From assembly GCA_965649295.1 (NCBI GenBank), contig CBFGKH010000002.1:32001-96000 (forward strand): 64,000 bases of DNA, in the 5' to 3' direction. This DNA comes from a candidate division WOR-3 bacterium (GTDB taxonomy: Bacteria; Hydrothermota; Tepidihabitantia; Tepidihabitantales; Tepidihabitantaceae). Of the stretch, positions 1 to 9,359 are shown piece by piece; position 1 is the first letter of the stretch, and each line of letters begins with the position of its first letter. Position numbers and translations under genes: made by a program. The notes under the pieces are model-generated. The model was not told the origin of the DNA. It searched no databases and saw nothing but the letters and a program-made list of their open reading frames with translations.

Positions 1-2457
1 TCGAAGATTGCGCCGACCGGACTGCGGCCTGAGTATGGGCATGGCCGTTATCCGAATGTCGTTACCAGCTTGGAGTTTGAGCGGATTCTTTCGGCCTCAG
101 GGCCGTTCGGTGGCCATGTGCAGCGGCCGTCGGACGGCCGGGTGCCAAGGCGGGTGGCCTGGCTGCAGTGCGTTGGCTCGCGTGATGATTCGGTCGAGCG
201 CGGCTACTGCTCGGCGATGTGCTGCATGTATGCAGTGAAGGAGGCGGTCATTGCCAAGGAGCACGCGAAGGAGATTGAGCCGACGGTCTTCTACATGGAC
301 ATGCGTTCCTATGGCAAGGATTTCGACCGCTATGTCGAGCGGGCCGAGCAGCAGTATGGTGTGCGGCTGGTGCGGGCGCGGGTGCCGGAGATACGTGAGG
401 ACCCTGGGACTCACAACCTGATTCTCCGCTATGCCGGCGATGGCGGTGCCCGGGCCGAGGAGTTCGACATGGTTGTGCTCGCCTGCGGGTTTGTGCCGCC
501 ACCGGAACTGGTCGAGCTTTCCCGGCGACTCGATTTTGAGCTGGACCGGTTCGGGTTCTGTCGTGCCGATGCCTGGAATCCGGTGCAGACGAGCCGGAGC
601 GGTGTGAGCGTGGCTGGTTCATTCGCCCAGCCGATGGCGATTCCTGAGGCGGTGACGACAGCGTCGGGAGCAGCGGCGGTGGCAGAGGAGTTGCTGGCGG
701 CTGAACGCGGCCAGCTTGCTCAGGCGAAAGAGGCTCCGGCTGAGCTGGACGTGCGCGGCGATGCTCCGCGCATCGGGGTGTTTGTCTGTCACTGCGGTAT
801 CAATATCGGCGGTGTGGTGCGCGTGCCAGAGGTGGTCGAGTTTGCCCGGACCCTGCCGCACGTGGTCTTTGCAACCGAGAATCTCTACTCTTGTTCGGGC
901 GATACTCAGGAGAAGCTGAAGGAGTGGATTCGCGAGCACCGGCTGACGCGGGTGGTGGTGGCTTCCTGCTCACCGCGGACGCACGAGCCGCTGTTCCAGG
1001 CGACCTGCGCCGAGGCCGGGCTGAATCCCCATCTCTTTGCGATGGCCAATATCCGGGACCAGTGCTCTTGGGTGCACATGCAGGAGCCGGACAAGGCAAC
1101 CGCGAAGGCCAAAGACCTTGTCAAGATGGCGGTGGCCCGGGCAGTGCGGCTGCGGCCGTTGCCCAAGGTCGAGCTGCCGGTCAGAAAGTCCGGCTTGGTG
1201 ATTGGCGGTGGTATTGCCGGAATGACTGCCGCCCTAGCGCTGGCTGGCGAGGGATTCGAGGTGGCGCTGGTCGAGCGCGAGCCGGAGCTGGGCGGCAATG
1301 CTCGTTCTATCGCGAAGACGGTTGAGGGCGACGACGTGCGCAGGCGGCTGGCCGAACTGGTGGCGCAGGTGCAGAGCCAACCGCGCATCAAGGTCTATAC
1401 TGGGGCGCGAATAAGGCAAATTGACGGGTTCGTGGGCAATTTCCGGACGACAATCGAGCGGTCGGAAGGGACCAGTGGATCGGATGTGCAGGTCGAGCAC
1501 GGAGTCGTGGTCGTCGCCACCGGTGCCGAGTACCGCACGCCGACTGAGTACGGTTATGGCGAATCCGGGCAGATTGTCACCCAAAAGGAATTTGAGGAGA
1601 TGCTCGCCGGCAGAACGGCGGCGGTTGCCAAGCTCGATTCAGTAGTCATGATTCAGTGCGTCGGCTCGCGCGAACCTGACCGGCCCTACTGCTCGCGCAT
1701 CTGCTGCGCCGAAGCGGTGAAGAACGCGCTCGCGCTCAAGGAGCTGAACCCGAATGCTCAGGTCTTTGTGCTCTACCGCGACATCCGCACCTATGGCCTG
1801 CGCGAGGAGTACTATCGCAAGGCACGCGAGGCCGGCGTCGTCTTCATCCGCTACTTGCCGGAGCAGAAGCCGGAAGTGCGGGTCGTTGGTGGCCGGCCCG
1901 TGGTCACCGCGTTCGACCCGATACTCGGCCAGACCATCGAGTTTGGGCCTGACCTGCTCGTGCTCTCATCCGGGCTTGTGCCGAGAACAGGTTCAGAAGA
2001 GCTGGCCCAGATGCTCAAGGTGCCGCTCAACGCCGACGGCTTCTTTCTGGAAGCCCATATGAAGCTGCGGCCGGTCGATTTCGCCACCGAGGGTGTCTTC
2101 ATGGCCGGACTCTGCCACTTCCCCAAGTTTATTGACGAGGCGGCGGCCCAGGCCAAAGCCGCTGCCGGCCGCGCCGCCACGATTCTTTCGCGCGACAAGC
2201 TTGAGGCTGAGGCGACAGTGGCTCACGTTGACCCGGCCAAGTGCTCAGCCTGCCATATGTGCGAAACCCTCTGCGCCTATCGCGCCATCGAGGTCAAGAC
2301 GATCAACGAGCGGACCGGCAAGCAGGCCGCGGTCGTGAACGAGGCGCTCTGCAAGGGCTGCGGTGCCTGTGCCGCCAACTGCCGCTCACTGGCAATAGAC
2401 ATTCGCGGGTTCGGGTCGGAGAATATCTACCGCGAGCTGGTGGCGCTGCTCGACTAG
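1..2457 (+). CDS. hdrA: Heterodisulfide reductase subunit A-like FAD/Fe-S flavoprotein (5'-partial)
   Basis: Frame is open from base 1. Two QCVGSR...YCS..CC HdrA motifs, GVFVCHCG, GGGIAG FAD-binding motif, EAHMKLRPVDF, and C-terminal CxxCxxCxxxC ferredoxin motifs. Confidence 0.9.
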   Translation, partial: SKIAPTGLRPEYGHGRYPNVVTSLEFERILSASGPFGGHVQRPSDGRVPRRVAWLQCVGSRDDSVERGYCSAMCCMYAVKEAVIAKEHAKEIEPTVFYMDMRSYGKDFDRYVERAEQQYGVRLVRARVPEIREDPGTHNLILRYAGDGGARAEEFDMVVLACGFVPPPELVELSRRLDFELDRFGFCRADAWNPVQTSRSGVSVAGSFAQPMAIPEAVTTASGAAAVAEELLAAERGQLAQAKEAPAELDVRGDAPRIGVFVCHCGINIGGVVRVPEVVEFARTLPHVVFATENLYSCSGDTQEKLKEWIREHRLTRVVVASCSPRTHEPLFQATCAEAGLNPHLFAMANIRDQCSWVHMQEPDKATAKAKDLVKMAVARAVRLRPLPKVELPVRKSGLVIGGGIAGMTAALALAGEGFEVALVEREPELGGNARSIAKTVEGDDVRRRLAELVAQVQSQPRIKVYTGARIRQIDGFVGNFRTTIERSEGTSGSDVQVEHGVVVVATGAEYRTPTEYGYGESGQIVTQKEFEEMLAGRTAAVAKLDSVVMIQCVGSREPDRPYCSRICCAEAVKNALALKELNPNAQVFVLYRDIRTYGLREEYYRKAREAGVVFIRYLPEQKPEVRVVGGRPVVTAFDPILGQTIEFGPDLLVLSSGLVPRTGSEELAQMLKVPLNADGFFLEAHMKLRPVDFATEGVFMAGLCHFPKFIDEAAAQAKAAAGRAATILSRDKLEAEATVAHVDPAKCSACHMCETLCAYRAIEVKTINERTGKQAAVVNEALCKGCGACAANCRSLAIDIRGFGSENIYRELVALLD

Positions 2458-2769
2458 CCCCAACCCCTAACGACAAGCTGGCCATTTCTCCGACTGCAGC
2501 CGGTACGGCAATGCTACTGGTAAGGCAGGGCGGGAAGCGGCTTGCAGGAGAGGCCCAGAAGTTCTTGGCCAAGCCCTGCTAAGGGTAGAGCCGCGAATCT
2601 GGTGGACAGGATTGGGAGAGGCCAGTTCGCCGACCGAGGCGCCAATGGCGGGTAAAGCCCAATCGGCAGGAGTGAAGCTAGCTGGCGGCAAGAGAGACCC
2701 AGACACTACTACACAAAGTTGGCGGGAATGAACGCCGATGGTCTGTTTGGAGGCTTGCTCGGTCATAGC

Positions 2770-2789
2770 CTCGGGAACCACTCCCGGGA
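2770..2789. repeat. Degenerate dispersed palindromic intergenic element, copy 1
   Basis: CTCGGGAACCACTCCCGGGA resembles 46933-46953 and 32641-32657. Confidence 0.45.
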
Positions 2790-3030
2790 CAGTAGAGGGT
2801 GGGGTGGGCAAGAATGGCATAGCTGTTTGATGAATCGGAAGTTAGTGGCCAGAGAGCAATGCCGATTGGCCCGCAGTGAGCCATGATTCGGCTCTGCTGC
2901 CCAGAACAGCGGTCCAGAAGATATAACAGGGATGGGGTGTAGAGCCCGCAAGGTTTGGGGTCGGTTTGACTTTGGCGTGGCAGGCCGTAGGCTTGGCTTA
3001 TGATTTTCAGTCGCCGTAGGGAGGTGGCCA

Positions 3031-3549
3031 GTGTCCAGATACGATGAACTATGTAATGCCTATGTTGCGGCCCGAAACGAGTTCTTTCAGCGCCGGGAGC
3101 GGTGCGTCGCTTTTGCAGCAATGCTGATGAAGGGATTCGAGACCTATATCGGGGCACCGCTTTTTCAGATGCGCTTTGTGCCGCATACTGGCGATGCGGC
3201 CGCGGCCAAAACTAATTCGCCGGATGCGGCAGCGTGGCTGGGGAACGACGGACGGTGGCACTTCCTTATCGGCCTGCCGCTGGTCGAACGGGTTCAGGGG
3301 AGCAACAAGGGCGGTACGACGCAGACGCTGCGGTTCGACCTCCATGTCGCGCCGGTCGAAACGGGCTTCAACGTCGGCGTGACCGGGACGAATGAACGTT
3401 TTGACCTGCCGGCAACCGAGAACGCGCCTGAGCACCAGCCGTTCTTTGAGTTTCTTTACGGGCAGATGGCCCGCGTCTATCAGCAGCCGGGCCTGAAGTT
3501 TCTCGATAACATGCCCGACACCCTGCGCACCCTGCACGGTGACCGCTAG
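3031..3549 (+). CDS. Hypothetical protein (172 aa)
   Basis: GGAGG RBS before GTG and plausible protein composition; no family recognised. Confidence 0.75.
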   Translation: MSRYDELCNAYVAARNEFFQRRERCVAFAAMLMKGFETYIGAPLFQMRFVPHTGDAAAAKTNSPDAAAWLGNDGRWHFLIGLPLVERVQGSNKGGTTQTLRFDLHVAPVETGFNVGVTGTNERFDLPATENAPEHQPFFEFLYGQMARVYQQPGLKFLDNMPDTLRTLHGDR

Positions 3550-3811
3550 GCACTGATTGCTGGCGGCAGTCGTTAGCTGAGCCTTTGGCGCCGGAGCGGC
3601 GGTGGCACCGGCCCCACGACTGCGCTTTGTCTGTTGCCTTCCTGTCATTCCGGGCATCGCGAGGAATCGCCGCGGCCGGGCGGCGAAGAACCGCCGGCCC
3701 GGAGGAGAGACCGTCCGCGGTCGCCGTTCGCCGTAGCCTGTCAAGACGACCAGGCTGGACGCAGTTTAGTGCGCCCAGCCTGGAGGTTGTTGCCGACAAC
3801 CGCTGGCTCGG

Positions 3812-5956
3812 CTAGAAGCTCAGTCTGATTCCCGCGCTAAAGACCCGACCGCGTGACGGGCCCCAGAGGGGCACTTCTTCCACCAGCCAGCCAGATTGGA
3901 CGTAGTCAAAGAGATTCTCGACACCGGCGGAAATGACTAGGTTGGAGCCGACCGGCTGCGATGCCCGCACGTTCCAGAGGGTGTAGGTCGGTGAATAACC
4001 GGCCCGCACCAGCTCGCCGGCTACGCGCTGCTGATAGGGCATGCTGCCGACCAGCTCGCCGTTCAACGTCAGCTTGTGCCCGAGCCGGGGATGTTCATAG
4101 CTAGCTTGCCAGTTGGCAGCGTGGCGTGACCGATAGACGAGCGGCTCACCACTGGTTCGGTCATGAGCATCGGTGAACGTGTAGCCAGCACGCAGCTCGA
4201 AACCGGCAGGCAGGCGCAGGCCGATATCGAGTTCGAGCCCTTGAGTCACAAACGAGCCGACGTTCTGGTACTGGTAGCGGCGAAGCAGGTTTGCGCTGTC
4301 GTATTCGACCAGCCGTTCTTCGATCATGTTGCTCAGGTCGTTTCGGAACAGACCGGCCGTGAGGACAAAGTCACCGGGATGGTATTCGGCGCCGAGCGTC
4401 CCGCCGATTGACCGTTCGGGAACCAGGCGTGGGTTCTGGATGAAATCGTACATTCCCTGGCCAGGGCAGAAATGGGTCAGTTTCGAAAAGGTGGGGGGTG
4501 TCTTGTTGCCAAGGCCGAACGTACCGCGCACGGTCAACTTGTCGGTGGGGTCAAACTGGACGGCAAGGCCAGGGGTGAGCGAGATGCCGAAGTCAGAGTG
4601 TCGCTCAACTCGGGCGTGGGGTGTCAGTTGGAGTAGTCCCAGCCGCAGACGGTCTTGAATCGAGAGGCCGGTCATGGCGACAGAGCGCACGCTCAGGCGC
4701 GTGTTCTCCACCAGTCGTTCGTAGCGATGGCTGGCTGCTGCTTGCAGCGCATGGTTCTGGGTTAGCGTCTGTCTCACCGCAAGTTCCAGAAAGACGGCGT
4801 CTTCGAACGCATTGAACCACTGGTTGGCGACAAAGACTCGCTGCCGGTAGTCGGAGTAGGTGCCCCGCAGCCAGACACTCGTGGCTGCGCTCGGCTGCCA
4901 AGAAAGAGTTGCGTTTGGGCCCCATTGGCGGATGTTAGGATTCTGATAGAGCCCGGAATCGGACCGGCCAAGAATCCGCGCAATCGCGCCGCCTTGGCGT
5001 TCTTCAATATTAGCATTGGCTCCGAGACTGAGGTCGAGCTCACTGCCGAGGCGCTGGTTCAGCTTCAGAGTCAGTGCTGCCCGGTCGGCTTTGACGTAGT
5101 CGGAATTGCCGTCGCGGTCAATGTCCACTGGGTCGGCCTGGCTCTTGCTTAGGCTGACGCTGACGCCGGTATTTTCAAGCTTCAGGTTGAGCGTTGCGCC
5201 CAGCGCCAGCGTTCCGTAGGTACCGGCGCTCAGATTGACAGCGCCGCCGGTGGTGTCGGCCGACTTGGTTACAACGTTGACTGCACCAGCGATGGCGTCG
5301 CCGGAGTAGGCTAGCCCGCCCGCGCCCTTGACGACCTCGAGCCGTTCAACATTCTCGGTGGCGAGGTGCGAGAGGCCGTAGAATGTGCTGATGTCGGAGA
5401 GTGACGGGGCGCCGTCAACAAGTACCTGGGCATACTTGCCGGCCATGCCCTGAATCTGGACCTCAGCCGCGTTACTGCACGGACACTTAGTTTTCACGGC
5501 CACGCCGGGCTGCCAGCGCAGTACCTCCTGAATGTTGGCGGCGCCGCGCTCGGCGATTTCCTGCTCCGAGACGACGGCAGTGGGCACCGGCTTGTCGTCT
5601 AGGGTGCGCAGGTCAGGTCGCACCGCAATCGAAGGCATTTCTACTGGCTGGGGCCGAAGCCGGAAAGAGGCTTCAACCTGGCCAAAGGCCGGTACCATGA
5701 CGGTGAGGGTCTCGGTGCCGAACCCGACGGCTGAGGCGACAATCCGCTGCCGGCCAGCCGGAACACCGACAAGTTGATAGTGACCAGACTCGGTTGCGGC
5801 CGCGCCCAGCTTAGTGCCGATAACAACAAGATGGGCAAGGGGAATTGGATCACCGCTGGCGTCGTCAATGACGATGCCGGTGACAACCCCAGTCTGCGCG
5901 GTGGCAATCGCCGCGGCGACAAACAGTAGCCAGGCAGTTCTACTAGCAAGACTCAC
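3812..5956 (-). CDS. TonB-dependent outer-membrane receptor with N-terminal carboxypeptidase-regulatory-like domain
   Basis: Signal peptide, plug motif ERLEVVKGAGGLAYSGDAIAGAVNVV, LVPERS, GVENLFD, and C-terminal Phe. Cys motifs CPC and HFC. AAGGAGG RBS before GTG. Confidence 0.92.
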   Translation of the reverse strand: MSLASRTAWLLFVAAAIATAQTGVVTGIVIDDASGDPIPLAHLVVIGTKLGAAATESGHYQLVGVPAGRQRIVASAVGFGTETLTVMVPAFGQVEASFRLRPQPVEMPSIAVRPDLRTLDDKPVPTAVVSEQEIAERGAANIQEVLRWQPGVAVKTKCPCSNAAEVQIQGMAGKYAQVLVDGAPSLSDISTFYGLSHLATENVERLEVVKGAGGLAYSGDAIAGAVNVVTKSADTTGGAVNLSAGTYGTLALGATLNLKLENTGVSVSLSKSQADPVDIDRDGNSDYVKADRAALTLKLNQRLGSELDLSLGANANIEERQGGAIARILGRSDSGLYQNPNIRQWGPNATLSWQPSAATSVWLRGTYSDYRQRVFVANQWFNAFEDAVFLELAVRQTLTQNHALQAAASHRYERLVENTRLSVRSVAMTGLSIQDRLRLGLLQLTPHARVERHSDFGISLTPGLAVQFDPTDKLTVRGTFGLGNKTPPTFSKLTHFCPGQGMYDFIQNPRLVPERSIGGTLGAEYHPGDFVLTAGLFRNDLSNMIEERLVEYDSANLLRRYQYQNVGSFVTQGLELDIGLRLPAGFELRAGYTFTDAHDRTSGEPLVYRSRHAANWQASYEHPRLGHKLTLNGELVGSMPYQQRVAGELVRAGYSPTYTLWNVRASQPVGSNLVISAGVENLFDYVQSGWLVEEVPLWGPSRGRVFSAGIRLSF

Positions 5957-5960
5957 AGTA

Positions 5961-6048
5961 TCCTCCTTTTGTTCGGTTATTCTGCTGCCACTGCTCCGTC
6001 TCGGCTGGAGACGGAGTGTTGCGTTCGAGTTAGGAAAGGGAAGGAGGA
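5961..6048 (-). promoter_or_regulatory. Putative SD/anti-SD translational switch between the uORF and the TonB-dependent receptor
   Basis: 8-bp inverted repeat 5961-5968/6041-6048 (receptor SD versus uORF S-P-P-S codons) enclosing a 9-bp hairpin 5994-6002/6008-6016. Confidence 0.55.
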
Positions 6049-6431
6049 CTGCGGGGACCGAGCTGACCGAGATAGCACTGGTTCGGATGCTGAGCTGTTG
6101 TCTCGGCCCGCGGCCAAGGAGTTGGATTCGCTGCGGGCTGGGCGCAAACTGGGTCAGCTATCGCCGGCAGTTGCCGTTCCGCCCGGGGCTGAAGCGGCTG
6201 GGCTTTGGCAAGTCGGGTCGGACATGTCCGGCATTCCTGAACCGCGGGCCGCAACTGGCCGGCTGATTGGGACGGACTGGCAGTGGTGGTGAGGTGCCCA
6301 GTACAGCAGTTTAACTCCATCGGACTGGCCGTACCGTCGCCGCAGCCGCAGATGTTACGTTGCAGCGGCTGCAGGGCGACCAAGACGGCACAGACCAGAA
6401 TCAGTGCTCGTGTTCGTTCTGATGCCACCAT
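6030..6431 (-). CDS. Cys-rich exported small protein, DUF2946/CruR-like upstream ORF with RAPP-like arrest motif (RSPP)
   Basis: N-terminal hydrophobic segment, CGC, CC and CxxC (CRTC) motifs, C-terminal GPRSPPSLS. Lies directly upstream of the TonB-dependent receptor. Start may be GTG 6428. Confidence 0.7.
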   Translation of the reverse strand: MVASERTRALILVCAVLVALQPLQRNICGCGDGTASPMELNCCTGHLTTTASPSQSAGQLRPAVQECRTCPTRLAKAQPLQPRAERQLPAIADPVCAQPAANPTPWPRAETTAQHPNQCYLGQLGPRSPPSLS

Positions 6432-6434
6432 CTA

Positions 6435-6463
6435 AGTCTATTATCCTCCGGCTGGACGGTCAA
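6435..6463 (-). promoter_or_regulatory. Sigma70-type promoter for the uORF/receptor operon
   Basis: TTGACC-17-TAGACT on the minus strand, 6 nt before GTG 6428. Confidence 0.6.
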
Positions 6464-6491
6464 CGGTAGCCGTCACTCGGCGCTACCTGCG

Positions 6492-6520
6492 TTGACTTGG
6501 CCGGTTACAGCCTCTATAAT
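6492..6520 (+). promoter_or_regulatory. Sigma70 promoter of the rpmH operon
   Basis: TTGACT-17-TATAAT. Confidence 0.85.
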
Positions 6521-6536
6521 CCGACCCGAGGAATTT

Positions 6537-6674
6537 ATGCCCAAGCGAACATATCAACCATCTCGCGTCAAGCGCGCGCGCACCCACGGTTTCCGAGCCC
6601 GGATGAGCACGCCGAGCGGCCGCAATGTTCTCCGGCGGCGGCGGCAGAAGGGTCGCAAGCGTCTGACCGTATGA
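6537..6674 (+). CDS. rpmH: 50S ribosomal protein L34
   Basis: [23 protein letters not shown]...GRKRL; GAGG before ATG 6537. Confidence 0.97.
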   Translation: MPKRTYQPSRVKRARTHGFRARMSTPSGRNVLRRRRQKGRKRLTV

Positions 6675-7064
6675 ATGTCCGACTCGCCTGCTGCCGATAT
6701 GACCTTGAAGCGAAGCGAGATACTGAGGCGCCGCCGCGACCTTGGTCGGGTAATCCGCTCCGGCACGAGAATTGCCGGCCCGGCGCTGTATCTCCGTTTC
6801 GCACCCCAGCCTGCTAGTTCAGACAATCTGCCGGCCCGGCGTATTGCCTTTCTGCTTTCGCGGCAGGTTGGCACCGCCGTTGTCCGCAACCGGGTCAAGC
6901 GGCTGCTGCGGGAGGCCTATCGCCGGCACAAGGACTGGTTCCGACCGGGCTATGACTATGTGCTCGGAGCTGGGCCAGGCGTAGTCGGTCTCAGTCTCGG
7001 TCAAATCGAAGAACAGACCCGGTCGCTGACCGGTCGCATAGCCCAAGATGACACTAGTGCTTAG
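6675..7064 (+). CDS. rnpA: Ribonuclease P protein component
   Basis: AVVRNRVKRLLRE (RNR motif) and position after rpmH. Confidence 0.93.
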   Translation: MSDSPAADMTLKRSEILRRRRDLGRVIRSGTRIAGPALYLRFAPQPASSDNLPARRIAFLLSRQVGTAVVRNRVKRLLREAYRRHKDWFRPGYDYVLGAGPGVVGLSLGQIEEQTRSLTGRIAQDDTSA

Positions 7065-7299
7065 TTTGCTAGTTCGACTGTACCAGCTCACGCTCGGGAC
7101 GGTCCTGCCCAATGCCTGTCGGTATCAGCCGAGCTGCTCTAACTATGCGCTGGAGGCGCTGCGCTTGCACGGGGCTGGTCGCGGCTCGCTGCTCGCTCTG
7201 CGCCGGCTGCTGCGCTGCAATCCGTTCTCTGGCGGCGGGTTTGACCCGGTGCCGCCGGCAACCAACCCTGAACTGGCCAATACAAGGAAGGCGAAGTGA
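7048..7299 (+). CDS. yidD: Membrane protein insertion efficiency factor YidD
   Basis: CRYQPSCSNYA...RCNPFSGGGFDPVP. Confidence 0.95.
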   Translation: MTLVLSLLVRLYQLTLGTVLPNACRYQPSCSNYALEALRLHGAGRGSLLALRRLLRCNPFSGGGFDPVPPATNPELANTRKAK

Positions 7300-8855
7300 A
7301 ATCAGATACGACCCGGATGATCGTCGGCTTCTTGCTGATTCTCGTTATTCTTATCGGCTGGCAGTTGCTCTATCGGCCCAAGCCTCGGGTTCAGCCGACG
7401 CCAACGGCTGAAGTGCCGCCACCAGCGCCAACACCAGCACCGGCGCCAACAGCGGAGCCGAAGGTAGCGCTGGCTCCAATGCCGGCGATTCCAGTAGCCG
7501 AGACAACGGTCGTATTGGCCAATGATTTCTTGCAGCTTGAGTTCTCGAATATTGGCGGCCGGTTGCTGCGGGTTCGCCTGAAGAAGTTCGATGCCGAACT
7601 GGTACCTGAGTCGGGCGCGCTGCTTGGCACCACGCTCGTTACTGATTCGGGTGCGTTCAGCCTAGCCCCGGTGCCGATGAAGGTGACGGGCAGCGATAGT
7701 AGCGTTGAGTTCAGTTATGAGGCGGGCGGCATCGGCATCAGCAAGTCGTTTGTCCTCGGGCCACGCTATGCGCTGCGCCATAACATTAGCACCACTGGTG
7801 CTATTGGCGTCGTCCTTGATGGTGCGGCGGGCTTGGCTCTGACCGAGACTGCGTCCAAGGAGGGGCTTGGTTATTACAGCTTCTCGGTGCGGAACGGCCG
7901 CAAGACCCGAACGGTCGCAGCTACTAAACTGAATAAGCCCTGGAGCAATAACGAACCAGCCGCCTGGGTTGCGGCCCGTTCGAAGTACTTTGTGCTGGTG
8001 CTGGCCGGGCCGGATTCGAGCTTTGACTCCTGCCATGCGTTCCGGCTGGAAGACGGTCGCGTTGGGTTCGGGGCAGCGAGCCACCGGCCGCAACTGAATC
8101 TGACGCTCTATCTTGGTCCGGTTGACGAGCGAGAGCTCGGGCCGCTCGGGCTGGGGGGAATCATCGCCCACGGCTGGACCCGGCCGATTGAACTGGCGAT
8201 GCTCTGGCTGCTGCGGTTGCTCTACTCGCTGGTCCGCAACTGGGGCCTGGCCATCGTCATCTTCGCGGTGCTGATGAAGGCGTTGCTCTGGCCGATCTCG
8301 CGCACCCAGACAAAACAGATGCGGCAGATGCAGTTACTGCAGCCAAAGCTGAATGAGCTGAAGGCCAAATACAAAGACGACCAGCAGAAGCTCAACGCCG
8401 AGACGATGCAGCTCTACAAACTGTACAAGATCAATCCGCTGGCCGGCTGTCTGCCGATGCTACTGCAACTGCCGATATTTTGGGCACTGTACGCGGTGCT
8501 GCGCAACGCGATCGAGATGCGCGGTGCCCGTTTTGTACTCTGGCTGCACGACCTGTCGCAGCCCGACACCTTGTTCGGCCATCTTCCGCACGGTATTCCG
8601 CTAATCGGCGGCTATGCCTTTGGCCTGCTGCCGGTAATGATGGGCGTCTCGTTTATCGCCCAGAATCTGATAACCTCGACCGACAAGAAGAACTGGGCCT
8701 TGACGATTATCTTCCCGGTGTTCATCACCGCCATCTTTCTGAACCTGCCGAGCGGGCTGCAACTCTACTGGTTTATGTATAACATTCTATCCATCGGCGA
8801 GACTCTGTTCGCCGTCAAAGGAGGTAAGCTATGGCGCAAGCAGACGAGTCAGTGA
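7296..8855 (+). CDS. yidC: Membrane protein insertase YidC
   Basis: N-terminal TM, periplasmic domain, NWGLAI, INPLAGCLPMLLQLPI, LPSGLQLYW. Confidence 0.95.
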   Translation: MKSDTTRMIVGFLLILVILIGWQLLYRPKPRVQPTPTAEVPPPAPTPAPAPTAEPKVALAPMPAIPVAETTVVLANDFLQLEFSNIGGRLLRVRLKKFDAELVPESGALLGTTLVTDSGAFSLAPVPMKVTGSDSSVEFSYEAGGIGISKSFVLGPRYALRHNISTTGAIGVVLDGAAGLALTETASKEGLGYYSFSVRNGRKTRTVAATKLNKPWSNNEPAAWVAARSKYFVLVLAGPDSSFDSCHAFRLEDGRVGFGAASHRPQLNLTLYLGPVDERELGPLGLGGIIAHGWTRPIELAMLWLLRLLYSLVRNWGLAIVIFAVLMKALLWPISRTQTKQMRQMQLLQPKLNELKAKYKDDQQKLNAETMQLYKLYKINPLAGCLPMLLQLPIFWALYAVLRNAIEMRGARFVLWLHDLSQPDTLFGHLPHGIPLIGGYAFGLLPVMMGVSFIAQNLITSTDKKNWALTIIFPVFITAIFLNLPSGLQLYWFMYNILSIGETLFAVKGGKLWRKQTSQ

Positions 8856-9355
8856 ACGTTCCGGAGAATGAGTCAGCTGTTCCGCCATCTCCTCTGCCGG
8901 TTGACCAGCAGGAACTTGTCCGGCTGACGGTTGAGAAGATTGTCAACCTGATGGGCTTGCGCTGTCGGGTTGAGATTACCTACGAGCGCGACGGCTATGT
9001 TGCCGAGGTGGTCGCCAAGCGGCCGGCAACGTTTCTTGTCGGCCGGCGCGGCGAGATACTCGACGCGATTGGGCTATTGGCGCATCAGATTGCCAGCCGT
9101 CAGTATCCCCAGTGTCCGCCGGTAACGGTTGATGCCGATGGATTCCGGCGCCGGCACCAGCAGCAACTGCGCGGCAAGGCCCAGGCGATTGCCACGATTG
9201 TGCAGAACACGGGCCGCGAGATGGCAGTTGACTTTCTCACCGAGGAAGAGTTCCGGATAGTGAAGGAAGAGCTGCGCTCTAATCGAGCGGTCCGAGTGCA
9301 TGCGGTCGGCGACGGCGAGCGCCGTAATGTCATCATCTCGCCTGCGGCCCGCTGA
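8831..9355 (+). CDS. jag: Jag/KhpB(EloR)-like RNA-binding protein (KH domain plus degenerate R3H)
   Basis: KH GxxG motif (VGRRGEILDAI) and synteny between yidC and mnmE. Confidence 0.75.
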   Translation: MAQADESVNVPENESAVPPSPLPVDQQELVRLTVEKIVNLMGLRCRVEITYERDGYVAEVVAKRPATFLVGRRGEILDAIGLLAHQIASRQYPQCPPVTVDADGFRRRHQQQLRGKAQAIATIVQNTGREMAVDFLTEEEFRIVKEELRSNRAVRVHAVGDGERRNVIISPAAR

Positions 9356-9359
9356 CCGG

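Noticed and set aside
1..2457. Selenocysteine recoding in HdrA
   Set aside because: No in-frame TGA in the visible part of the gene.
6432..6536. oriC/dnaA expected divergent from rpmH
   Set aside because: No dnaA gene and no TTATCCACA boxes; the gap is filled by two divergent promoters.
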